In this document: piece by piece, positions 8,939 to 17,659 of the stretch
Layout: each line of letters starts with the position of its first letter
Numbering within the stretch: position 1 is the first letter of the stretch
The notes under the pieces: generated by a model
The model's database searches: none
What the model saw: the letters and a program-made list of their open reading frames with translations, nothing else
What the model was told of the DNA's origin: nothing
Assembly (NCBI GenBank): GCA_023300375.1
Contig: JALZWO010000086.1
Location: forward strand, 7,917 to 71,916
DNA: 64,000 nt
Direction of reading: 5' to 3'
Origin: Granulosicoccus sp.
Lineage (GTDB): Bacteria; Pseudomonadota; Gammaproteobacteria; Granulosicoccales; Granulosicoccaceae
Translations under genes and position numbers: made by a program

Positions 8939-9562
8939 ATGCCTTGGAATAGAGAACAAATGGCTGCAAGGGCCGCTGACGAACTGCAAGATGGCACGTA
9001 CGTCAATTTAGGCATTGGTATCCCCACTTTGGTGGCTAATTACACCGGCGATAAGGACATCACACTGCAATCCGAAAACGGCATGTTAGGCATGGGCCCG
9101 TTCCCCTTTGAAGGCGAAGAGGATCCTGATTTAATCAACGCCGGTAAGCAGACTATTACTGAGGTGGACCGAACAAGCTATTTCGACAGTGCTACCTCTT
9201 TTGGAATGATCCGCGGCGGCAAAATAGCAGCCGCTGTTTTAGGTGCTATGGAAGTCGCTGAGAATGGTGATTTAGCCAACTGGATGATCCCTGGCAAACT
9301 GGTTAAAGGTATGGGTGGTGCGATGGATCTGGTTGCAGGCGTGGGCCGGGTTATTGTTGTCATGGATCACCAAAACAAGAAGGGTGAATCGAAACTATTA
9401 AAATCCTGCACATTGCCACTGACCGGCAAGGGTGTCGTTGATCGCATCATCACAAACCTTGGCGTGCTTGACGTCGTTGCAGGTGGTCTTGCCATCGTCG
9501 AATTGGCCGAAGGGGTCACGGAGCAAGAGCTACGTGATGCCACTGAAGCGGCAATTGTTTAA
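8939..9562 (+). CDS. scoB: 3-oxoacid CoA-transferase subunit B
   Basis: VNLGIGIPT, LQSENG (catalytic Glu) and GMGGAMDL. Confidence 0.93.
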   Translation: MPWNREQMAARAADELQDGTYVNLGIGIPTLVANYTGDKDITLQSENGMLGMGPFPFEGEEDPDLINAGKQTITEVDRTSYFDSATSFGMIRGGKIAAAVLGAMEVAENGDLANWMIPGKLVKGMGGAMDLVAGVGRVIVVMDHQNKKGESKLLKSCTLPLTGKGVVDRIITNLGVLDVVAGGLAIVELAEGVTEQELRDATEAAIV

Positions 9563-9840
9563 ATAGATGTGGGGAGGTTATTCTCAGATTCCAAATTTGA
9601 GATTTTTCTGCCCCTATCGATGTGGCCGCAGTTCCAAGCACCATTGGAGTTGTGGCTGCAGGCTGCAGAAATAGCGCATACGCCGTCGCGTTGTGCCTAG
9701 CTTGTATTTTTTATATTTGGTCGCTTCGTTGCTAGCAGTTTATGCACTTGCCTAGCGTCTGAAAATGCAAGTGTGGAACAAGCTTAATTAAAAGTCTAAT
9801 TACAAGCCTGAATCCTACCTAGTGCTCGCCTAGTGGCCGT

Positions 9841-10485
9841 CTAGTACATGCTGTCTTTTAAATCCTGATCAATCGTGCCACTAATGCGTTCGATTTCCTC
9901 GATGGGCTGATCTGTTCTGTGATGTGTCATTAGGTCCGCCAAGGAAGGTGCTTCGTTGGCTGGTAGGTGAGTTTTTTCATCCCACATTTTGGAACGCAGA
10001 ATCGCTTTCGCACAATGGCCATACGCTTCTTTAACATGAATGATGAGAACAAGCTTTGGCAGCTTACCCTTAACAGCGAAGGGCTCGAGTAGCTCAGGAT
10101 CATAGCTTGCCTGCGCGTGCCCATTAACTCGTAGAGTGATTGGTACACCTGGAATAAGAAACAGTAGGGACACTTGAGGCGACTGGACAATATTCCTCAT
10201 TGTGTCGTAGCGCCGATTGCCAGGGCGATCTGGCATCAGTAGTGTAGTTTCATTGGCAACACTGACAAAACCGGCAGGGTCACCGCGGGGCGATAAGTCA
10301 GATTGCCCTGCATCGTTATGGGACGATAGGCAACAGAACGGTGACAACGCAATGAATTTTTCCATGGGTTCAGTGATGACCGTTGTTGCCTTTGCCCAGA
10401 TACTATCCGTAGTGTCGCCACACACTTCACGTAATTTGGCTTCGTTGTCAATCAAATAGTCGGGCTTGATCAGTAGATCATTCAT
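9841..10485 (-). CDS. Pyridoxamine 5'-phosphate oxidase-like FMN-binding protein (MSMEG_1061 type)
   Basis: DLSPRGDPAGFV, PDRPGNRR, LRVNG and HCAKAILRS. Confidence 0.85.
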   Translation of the reverse strand: MNDLLIKPDYLIDNEAKLREVCGDTTDSIWAKATTVITEPMEKFIALSPFCCLSSHNDAGQSDLSPRGDPAGFVSVANETTLLMPDRPGNRRYDTMRNIVQSPQVSLLFLIPGVPITLRVNGHAQASYDPELLEPFAVKGKLPKLVLIIHVKEAYGHCAKAILRSKMWDEKTHLPANEAPSLADLMTHHRTDQPIEEIERISGTIDQDLKDSMY

Positions 10486-10542
10486 GGTTGCTATTGCGCT
10501 TTAGGGTTTGTGGGTCAATAGTATCGATTTTTCAAGGACTGA

Positions 10543-11064
10543 CTAGAAAGCACCTATTGACGCTACAAACAACTCAAAAGGTCCGATCTGTTTCTCTGCA
10601 ATCATTAAGCCTACTTGTTGCACGTTGGCAATAGTGAGCATTGGTGCATCACGCACAGCTCGGCCCCTAAACACAGCGTCGAAATCTGCAGCTGTAAATT
10701 CAAACGTCATGATTTGTGTTTTAGGCGCAAACAAGGCGCGGTAACTGACACCATCAAATCCGTTATTGATTCTCAGGTTCAGGTAATAGGACTTATTGGC
10801 AAATTGTTCGCTAGTGCTGCACGTGATGGATAAATGTTCAGCCGAGGCGGGTATTGGCCCTTGTTTTGATGAGTTCAAGGAAGAGCGCACCGATGCAAAG
10901 CCACCATTATTGCGCGTAGAAACTACACCACGAAAGGCTGCCACGCTATTACCCTTGTGTACAGTGGCAACTAACTCGCTTTGCGACACCCCACCCATCA
11001 CTCTGTCATCGATGGCTTGCCATGAAAGCGTTGATTCAGATTGACTGAAATCGAACAGGTTCAT
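10543..11064 (-). CDS. CIA30 (NDUFAF1-like) family protein
   Basis: WQAIDDRVMGGVS, NNGGFASVRS and KQIGPFEL. ATG 11064 overlaps the upstream stop codon (ATGA). Confidence 0.85.
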   Translation of the reverse strand: MNLFDFSQSESTLSWQAIDDRVMGGVSQSELVATVHKGNSVAAFRGVVSTRNNGGFASVRSSLNSSKQGPIPASAEHLSITCSTSEQFANKSYYLNLRINNGFDGVSYRALFAPKTQIMTFEFTAADFDAVFRGRAVRDAPMLTIANVQQVGLMIAEKQIGPFELFVASIGAF

Positions 11065-12080
11065 GTTGATGATGTAGCAACGTTGCTTGCATGGCCTGTT
11101 TGCTCTAGTAGCCAATTGGTAATGGTGTTCAATACTCTTGAGTCGACGTCTTCGAGTGTTAATCGTAAATAGTTCTGCACCGAAGGCTTGCCGCTGTCGG
11201 CACGTAGGATGTGGGTTAAATCACTGAAGATATGATGTTGAACAGGTGTGCTGAGTAGGTCGACTATTTTGTTCACGTCAGTCGGTAGGCACTGAAGGTC
11301 TTTCTCGCCGCCAATGATGAGTGAAGGTACCTTAACTGCACTGTGAATTGCGCTGGCATCGTTGGAGACCATCTCACGAATCCATTTAGCGTTGATGACC
11401 TGTTTGCGTATCTTCAAGGTGTCCCGATTCGTTTTTTTGATTCGCTTTACCAGCTTTTTTTGTTTAGCAATCTGATCACCGCTTAAGCGTAGAAAAAATC
11501 GGATGAGCTTGCCGCGAAAGCCATCCAGTTCAGCAATTTCTCGGAGTGCATTTTCAGCTTGCCGTCTGATGATATTCTCAAAATTTTCGTTAAACGGTGT
11601 GAGCAGAATTTGTCCTTGAATCTGTGGGTTTGCAGCGCACAATTGTGGCGCTATCAAACTGCCCTCTCCGTGTCCCAGAACATACAATGGCACATCGATC
11701 ACGGCATCTATCTGACGAACTTTGTCCAACCAGGCTTGCGCGTCGGCCACCAGATCTGAATGTCCGGCAGAATCAAATTGCCCTTTGCTGAGACCACAGC
11801 CGCGTTTGTCGTAACGCACGCTTGCAATGCCTTGTGCTGCCATATGATTGGCAATACCGTTAGATATATTCAGTTGCACTTGTAGAGAATTCTGGTTTCT
11901 ATCCAGTGGGCCACTATCAGGCAACAACAGCGCTACGGCCTTAATGAGGGGGGTGTCCGAGTGCTGCGCAGAGGCATCGTTTATTGTGGGCAGTGTTAAG
12001 GTGCCTTCCATTGGATCCTGGCCGCTTAACAAAGAAATAGTTTGTTCACGGAAGTGGCTGCTGTCTTCATGTTCGATCAT
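11061..12080 (-). CDS. Alpha/beta-hydrolase fold protein with the nucleophile Ser replaced (GHGEG)
   Basis: GSG-like LPDSGPLDRN, RYDKRGCG, GHGEG in place of GHSEG, GEKDLQ (Asp) and LTHIL (His). Confidence 0.8.
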   Translation of the reverse strand: MIEHEDSSHFREQTISLLSGQDPMEGTLTLPTINDASAQHSDTPLIKAVALLLPDSGPLDRNQNSLQVQLNISNGIANHMAAQGIASVRYDKRGCGLSKGQFDSAGHSDLVADAQAWLDKVRQIDAVIDVPLYVLGHGEGSLIAPQLCAANPQIQGQILLTPFNENFENIIRRQAENALREIAELDGFRGKLIRFFLRLSGDQIAKQKKLVKRIKKTNRDTLKIRKQVINAKWIREMVSNDASAIHSAVKVPSLIIGGEKDLQCLPTDVNKIVDLLSTPVQHHIFSDLTHILRADSGKPSVQNYLRLTLEDVDSRVLNTITNWLLEQTGHASNVATSST

Positions 12081-12240
12081 TGGCGTGTTGAGTCATGTTG
12101 TCTGCGATGCATATCGCGCGACAATACAGCATTCGGCGTAAAATTTGACGGTATCTGATGCCTTGGCAGATCAGGTTTTGCTGGCATTGTGCGCAGCTCC
12201 TCGGTACCCTGCGAGGGAACATATCCGTTTCTAGTAGCGA

Positions 12241-13119
12241 ATGAGTACTCAAGCCCTGACAGTCCTGTTTGCTGACCTTGCCGATAGCACGCGTTTGTAT
12301 CAAATGCGTGGAGATGCAAGTGCGCATAGGGCGGTTAGCCAGTCACTGCATTGTATGCGTGATGCCATTGAGTCACATGGTGGCAAGCTGCTGCGAACCG
12401 TTGGCGATGCATCGTTGGCCAGTTTTGAATCCACCGATGCCGCCTATGAAGCTGCCACGCGCATGCAGTCCGATCATGTGCGAACAGGTTTACAGCTCAA
12501 GGTGGGTTTCCATTACGGCGAGGTGATTCCCGATGCTGGCGATGTTTATGGAAATGCTGTGAATCTTGCGGCTCGAGTAGCGGACTATGCTGAGGCGAAT
12601 GAAATCTGCATTACCGAACAAGCTTTATCAAGGCTATCACTTAAACATAGAGTTAATGTTCACTACCTTGATAACGTTGAGTTCAAGGGTATTGAGCAGC
12701 CGATGCCGGTATATCGAGTGCATTGGCGATCTGATAGCGCATCGACTGTGCTCGTGGCATCTGTACCCGATGCGCCGCGCTTTACCTTCGAACTTATCCT
12801 TGCATTGGATACACAGCTTGTGCATGTTGATGTTGATAACCCTAAGGTGACTCTAGGGCGATCTGCAGATAACGATATTGTTATGGAGTCTGATTCTGCC
12901 TCGCGAAGTCATGCAACAATCGAGCTCATTCGGGGTCGATTCATGTTGAACGACATGAGTACCAACGGCACCTATCTGGTGAGGGATGGATCGTTGCTTG
13001 AATTTCTCAAACGTGAATCAGTGTCGCTGGAACAACATGGCATTATTGGGTTAGGCTTTGATCCACAGACTGAGTCAAACTCTGTCATTAAATACCGCCT
13101 CGAATCGAAGGCTGACTAA
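12241..13119 (+). CDS. Class III adenylate/guanylate cyclase with C-terminal FHA domain
   Basis: LFADLADST, VGDA and GDVYGNAVNLAAR; FHA motifs LGR, SRSH and STNGT. Confidence 0.9.
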   Translation: MSTQALTVLFADLADSTRLYQMRGDASAHRAVSQSLHCMRDAIESHGGKLLRTVGDASLASFESTDAAYEAATRMQSDHVRTGLQLKVGFHYGEVIPDAGDVYGNAVNLAARVADYAEANEICITEQALSRLSLKHRVNVHYLDNVEFKGIEQPMPVYRVHWRSDSASTVLVASVPDAPRFTFELILALDTQLVHVDVDNPKVTLGRSADNDIVMESDSASRSHATIELIRGRFMLNDMSTNGTYLVRDGSLLEFLKRESVSLEQHGIIGLGFDPQTESNSVIKYRLESKAD

Positions 13120-13433
13120 ACGTTATCTCAATGTAATTGTCTGTACGCATGAAGTCACAATGAAATAACGGTTAACATGATACTTTTGTAAATTAGAGTA
13201 CGCAGTACACGGCTGCTGGTGACGTTATTTTGTCACTTGGTGTTGCCAGCGTTACAAGATTGAAAAAACAATTTGTATCAATAAGCACGGTGTACACGTA
13301 GCTTTTCAATGCACGGCCTCACACGTTATTGTATAGGCCAAGCACGTGTAACCGACAATTGGCTCACGTTGATCAACACATCATATTTGTTCACAGGGCA
13401 GTTAAGATTTTGTTTAATAGGGAAGAATTTATC

Positions 13434-14495
13434 ATGCACGCTACACCCTCGTTGAAAAACAACGGGCATCGTTTAGTTGAGGGTATAACTAGGCTTGCCA
13501 CAGTTGGACTGCTAGCACTTACTGTCAGTGCTTGCAGTGTTATAAAAGCAAACTTGCCGTTTGGAGCCTCGTCTAACAATGACGACTATGCGCTTATTTC
13601 AGCGAGCCTTCTTGATGCAGTAACTCAATACCCAGAGCTGGATTCATCAGTAGCTACTCTTCAGGTAGCAAGCCCCGAAAACGATTTTGAGCGTCAAGTA
13701 ATTAAAGACCTCAAAAATCGGGGGTATCAAATTGAGTCAACTCCATCAAGCGATGTCGCTAACTCTGTTAAGGCCTCTGTTCGTGAAATTGATGACAGTG
13801 TAGGGCAGGCGTACCCTCTCTACTCTTTGGCCATAGGTAAGGTGTCTGCGGAACGGCAATTTAGCGTTATCGATGGCAAACCCGTACCGACAAGTGAATT
13901 GGCTATTCGCGGTGCTCAAGAGCAAGCTATCGAACTCAACGATACTCAGTTGTTTGGCCTGCCTCCAGAATCTGCGCTTAGCACAGTGGTGTTCAAGGAC
14001 GTTAAGCAGGTCAAGGTCAAATCAATGGCATTACATGACCTACTGAATCCTGCACCCTCATCAGCGCTCTCTGATCCGTTGGATCGTTCCGCACAAAGCC
14101 CTGTTCGGGCCAATATTTACGATGTGCGGGAGTCTAACTACAGCTCTGTTTTCGTCGAATACGAGGATATTGAATCGGAGATTCTGGTATTTCCTAATGA
14201 TTCACTTCAGTTAGGAGAAGTGAACAAGGTGATCATCGAGCGATTTGTTGATCAGATGAATACTGAGACAGATATTCTTTCGGTCATCGGATGTAGTCAT
14301 GGTCAAACCAATATCAGCAACGGAAATTCAGTGCTGGCATTGGGCCGTGCTAATCGAGTTAAAGAGGCGTTGATGTTTTCTGGTGTGGCACACGACAAGG
14401 TGCTGGAAGAAGGGTGTTGGGCGCCGGTTGAGTTTGATGAAGTTATGCCGCGTAGGGGTGTTGTGCTCACACTGAAGCGCTCGAAGAACACCTGA
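13434..14495 (+). CDS. Lipoprotein with a TrbH-like N-domain and a degenerate OmpA-C-like domain
   Basis: Lipobox LTVSA-C. The N-domain resembles TrbH by eye. C-terminal FPNDSLQL...LALGRANRV...RRGV resembles OmpA_C. Start moved to ATG 13434 (AGGGAAG RBS). Confidence 0.6.
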   Translation: MHATPSLKNNGHRLVEGITRLATVGLLALTVSACSVIKANLPFGASSNNDDYALISASLLDAVTQYPELDSSVATLQVASPENDFERQVIKDLKNRGYQIESTPSSDVANSVKASVREIDDSVGQAYPLYSLAIGKVSAERQFSVIDGKPVPTSELAIRGAQEQAIELNDTQLFGLPPESALSTVVFKDVKQVKVKSMALHDLLNPAPSSALSDPLDRSAQSPVRANIYDVRESNYSSVFVEYEDIESEILVFPNDSLQLGEVNKVIIERFVDQMNTETDILSVIGCSHGQTNISNGNSVLALGRANRVKEALMFSGVAHDKVLEEGCWAPVEFDEVMPRRGVVLTLKRSKNT

Positions 14496-15343
14496 TGCAC
14501 TTTTTTAACCGAACAAAGTTGATAGCAATGAATGTCAAGCAGTTGACTGCCAGTAAATTGCTTCAATATTGTGCTGTTGGAGTGCTCAGCGTATCCGCCT
14601 TGCAAGTTAACGCGGAAGAGGCCTTAGCTGAACCAGTCAATGGCAGCACCCCCGTAAATCTGTGGGTTGACAGAGCGCCACTTGATTTATTCATCGTTGA
14701 GTTGGCGGCAACTATCGGATTAGAGGCTGTTATTGAAGCTCCGCTGGAGGGGCAAGTAAGTGGTGTATTTAATGGCAAATTGAGTGACACGCTCGCGACA
14801 GTCGGGAAGCAGTATTCGCTGTTGTTTGATGTTGATGAAAACGAACTTAGTGCTATGCCTGAGTCTGCTCGTAGCAATGCTAGCGTGGCTTTGGTTAATG
14901 TAGATCTAGACGATTCAGCAGCCCTCGCGCTTTTTGATAATCTGTTGCCGGGTAATACTGTGGATTTGAGCGGCGATATGATAACGGTCAGTGGTCATCC
15001 ATCATTTGTAAGGCGAGCTGCTCGGTTTGTAGCTTCCAAAGTATCTCTCGTGGAGCAGCCAGAATCTGAGTTCACGCTCGTGGAGCCGCCAGAATCTGAG
15101 TTCACGTTGGATTTATCGCTGGATCTATCGGTCGATCGTCCGGACGATCTGTCGTTGGGCGATGAGGCTGCGCAAACTGACACCGACGTCACTGATGCAG
15201 ACCCTGAAATTGATGTTATTGATGCGGCAACGCAAGTAGTGCTGGAAGATTTGACTGAACCAAGCCTTGCGACTCAGCAGGATCAGAGCGTCTCACGAAA
15301 AATAGAGTGGGTGACTGATATTCCGGGTTTCAATACTTTTTAG
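14495..15343 (+). CDS. Secreted protein made of secretin N0-N1-like domains (SctC/RhcC1-like), an acidic tail and no beta-barrel
   Basis: Signal peptide ...ALQVNA. The segments LEGQVSGVF, YSLLFDVDENEL and ITVSGHPSFV resemble YscC KVSGQF, YNLVWYYDGNVL and VYVSGPPRYL. TGATG overlap with the upstream gene. Confidence 0.6.
   Translation: MHFFNRTKLIAMNVKQLTASKLLQYCAVGVLSVSALQVNAEEALAEPVNGSTPVNLWVDRAPLDLFIVELAATIGLEAVIEAPLEGQVSGVFNGKLSDTLATVGKQYSLLFDVDENELSAMPESARSNASVALVNVDLDDSAALALFDNLLPGNTVDLSGDMITVSGHPSFVRRAARFVASKVSLVEQPESEFTLVEPPESEFTLDLSLDLSVDRPDDLSLGDEAAQTDTDVTDADPEIDVIDAATQVVLEDLTEPSLATQQDQSVSRKIEWVTDIPGFNTF
15047..15106 (+). repeat. In-frame 30-bp tandem duplication (LVEQPESEFT / LVEPPESEFT)
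   Basis: CTCGTGGAGC(A/C)GCCAGAATCTGAGTTCACG, two copies with one mismatch. Confidence 0.95.
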
Positions 15344-15379
15344 TCTTGCTGAACGTTTGATGATTGGATAAAACAAGAT

Positions 15380-15871
15380 ATGAATGACGCGGGAAAAAAT
15401 GATCAAACTACCGAGGATGATGCCAGCTGGCTAGACAAAGTTAGTAAGCCGCTGATTATTGTCGGTGCGCTAGCGTTTGGCCTCATCATATCGGACAGAG
15501 TTGAGGATATGCTTGAGGCGGATGACCAGCCTGATCTACCTGATGTGGTCGAGATCGATCGAGATGCTAGTCTGGTCGCCGATATCGAGGCGCCAGATGT
15601 TTCGGCGTCTTCTGGCGCAGTAGTCGCTACTGGAAATAATGCTGCCACAAACAACAATCAGCCCGACATAGAGGAGGTATTTGGTGCTCGCCTAGTGCTG
15701 GTCTCAGAGTCCAACGATCCCTACGTAGTAACGGCGGACGATCGTCGCATCGCAGTGGGCGATTCGGTTGACGATCAGACCACGTTGGCAGGTATCTCTC
15801 GTGGGCGTGTGATTGTTGATAAATCGGGTGGTCTCATCACGTTTGAATTACCTGAGCCAAAATTGCAGTAA
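15380..15871 (+). CDS. Single-pass membrane protein with an SctD (YscD/HrpQ) C-terminal-like domain
   Basis: One TM helix (PLIIVGALAFGLII), an acidic linker, then DPYVVTADDRRIAVGDSV...TLAGISRGRVIV, resembling the SctD C-terminal domain by eye. Confidence 0.55.
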   Translation: MNDAGKNDQTTEDDASWLDKVSKPLIIVGALAFGLIISDRVEDMLEADDQPDLPDVVEIDRDASLVADIEAPDVSASSGAVVATGNNAATNNNQPDIEEVFGARLVLVSESNDPYVVTADDRRIAVGDSVDDQTTLAGISRGRVIVDKSGGLITFELPEPKLQ

Positions 15872-16027
15872 CGAGTAGCCCAGGTGGTGGGCTATTTTCT
15901 GAGGTCTGATCGAGCTCATCTCTTACGATCAGATTTCAAAGCTCATATGAGGCTGATGCACTTACGCCATGAATGCCGTTATAATGGCGCTGGGGCGATA
16001 GGTCACTCAAAATTGATAGGGATAAAA

Positions 16028-16672
16028 ATGCGAGCTAACTTAAGATGTTTTTCACCCAATGCATTGCGCAAGTCATTGCCTTGTGTACTAGTGGTGTTCA
16101 TGGGTTTGGTCCTGGCAGGATGTTCCAGTGGTGGAGGTTCCGACTCTGCCGGTGTTTCGTCGGATTCTGATCCTAGCGACGGGATCACAGAAGATGAGAA
16201 CGGTGGTTCTGCTGACGTTCCACCAATTTTTGAACCTAGCGAAGAGGTCACAGAAGCTGAAGATGGCAGCATCACTGAGATAATTCGGGATGATATTGAT
16301 TTCGGTAGATTGTTGGGGCTGCTTCAGCAAGCGGAGCTTGAAGTGCCACTAGAGGAAGACAATGAAGGCCTAGGTTGGACCTTGTTTGCACCACAGGATA
16401 TTGTGTTTGATCAAGATGTTGAGTTTCAAGATCTCAATACGATCGCGGAACAAGTTGATCGGGCTAGAGGCCTTGTGGCATCAGGCAGATTTAATTTCAG
16501 TGATCTGATACCTGGCAGCTCTATCACCATGCAAGACGGCAATGAGGCTCTAATAGAGCTGGCTCCTGACGGCGCATCGTTACTGGTTGGTGGGGCTGTT
16601 ATCGCAATAGAGGGCCGCGTTTTAAGCAATGGCGTACTACACCGTATAGACTCGCTAATCACCACCCAGTAG
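16028..16672 (+). CDS. Fasciclin (FAS1) domain lipoprotein
   Basis: Lipobox LAG-C, acidic linker, WTLFAPQD (H1) and NGVLHRIDSLI (H2). Start is uncertain. Confidence 0.8.
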   Translation: MRANLRCFSPNALRKSLPCVLVVFMGLVLAGCSSGGGSDSAGVSSDSDPSDGITEDENGGSADVPPIFEPSEEVTEAEDGSITEIIRDDIDFGRLLGLLQQAELEVPLEEDNEGLGWTLFAPQDIVFDQDVEFQDLNTIAEQVDRARGLVASGRFNFSDLIPGSSITMQDGNEALIELAPDGASLLVGGAVIAIEGRVLSNGVLHRIDSLITTQ

Positions 16673-16705
16673 AAAGTGGAGAGGTTTCACGGCTTCAAAA
16701 CAAAA

Positions 16706-16730
16706 ACGGCCAGCATAAAAAGCTGGCCGT
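16706..16730. terminator. Probable bidirectional terminator; a second hairpin lies at 16747-16778
   Basis: ACGGCCAGC-N7-GCTGGCCGT flanked by A/T runs between convergent genes. Confidence 0.7.
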
Positions 16731-16828
16731 AATTTGATTTACTTGCTGTCTCTAGCGTCATTTAACACACTAGAGACAAAACATAAGCTTGGGCTCAGCT
16801 GATATCCACTGGCGAGCTTGTATATAAC

Positions 16829-17497
16829 TTAATTGAATGTCATGCGAGTGGCTGTGATTTCTACCTCAACACGTCGGTTCTGCTGACGACCTTCAGGTGT
16901 GAAGTTGCTCGCTGCTGGTCGAGACTCACCCGCACCACTAATCTGCATAGATGCATCAGGGTACTGCTGGCTGATCAGAGCTGCCACAGTGGCGGCACGC
17001 TGCTCAGATAGGGCTTGGTTATAAGTCTCGCTACCACGGCTATCAGTGTGACCTGTGACGTTGATTCCAGTGATTCCTTTGTACTCGCCCAATGCTCCGA
17101 ACAGGCTGTTCATTGCCGCTTCGCCTTCTGCGTTTAGAGTGGCTGAGTTAGTGTCGAACAATGTCTTCTCGCTGAACTCACGAGTGTCTATGGTGGCTAC
17201 AGCTTTAGGTGGCTCTGGCGCTGCTTGAACTTCTTCAACCGGCTCCTCTACTACCGCCTCTGCAACAACTTCCTCTTCTTCTTCGATGCCAGCGCACTTA
17301 TTTATGATGTTGTCGTCATTAAGGTCGTTTGTTTCGAAACATTCACCCCTACCGGTTTTCAGAACGCTGCCACCGACGTTGATATAGCCGCTACCAACTG
17401 CCTCTACGTCACCGTCAACACTGACGGAATGAGCTGAAACACCGAATGAGGCTGCCGTGAGGCAAGCACCCAACGTAAGCGCAGTACGAATTGACAT
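16829..17497 (-). CDS. OmpA_C peptidoglycan-binding protein (RmpM-like, no beta-barrel)
   Basis: Signal peptide, Cys pair, Glu-rich linker, LFDTNSATL, GHTDSRG, NQALSEQRA and NRRVEV. Confidence 0.9.
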   Translation of the reverse strand: MSIRTALTLGACLTAASFGVSAHSVSVDGDVEAVGSGYINVGGSVLKTGRGECFETNDLNDDNIINKCAGIEEEEEVVAEAVVEEPVEEVQAAPEPPKAVATIDTREFSEKTLFDTNSATLNAEGEAAMNSLFGALGEYKGITGINVTGHTDSRGSETYNQALSEQRAATVAALISQQYPDASMQISGAGESRPAASNFTPEGRQQNRRVEVEITATRMTFN

Positions 17498-17592
17498 AAT
17501 TTTCTCCTGGGTTTTTTAATAACTAGCGATTGACGATTGTGGGGATTTTTGCCACGTTGAACTCTTTAATTGTGACAGAGAGCCTGCTGGCG

Positions 17593-17629
17593 CGTGCAAG
17601 CGATCGGGGTTTGCCCTATCGCTTGCACG
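17593..17629 (-). terminator. Stem-loop between the two ompA paralogs
   Basis: CGTGCAAGCGAT-N13-ATCGCTTGCACG, a perfect 12-bp stem. Confidence 0.6.
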
Positions 17630-17659
17630 ATGTCTGCGATGAATCGCAGGGTAATTCAG

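Noticed and set aside
13219-13236. CRP site upstream of the envelope operon (GTGAC-N8-GTCAC), suggested by the nearby cyclase
   Set aside because: GTGA-to-TCAC spacing is 10 rather than 6. It remains an unassigned inverted repeat.
13329-15871. Intact type III secretion system or conjugation system
   Set aside because: No ATPase, export apparatus, SctJ, needle, VirB4 or relaxase gene in the window; only isolated domain resemblances.
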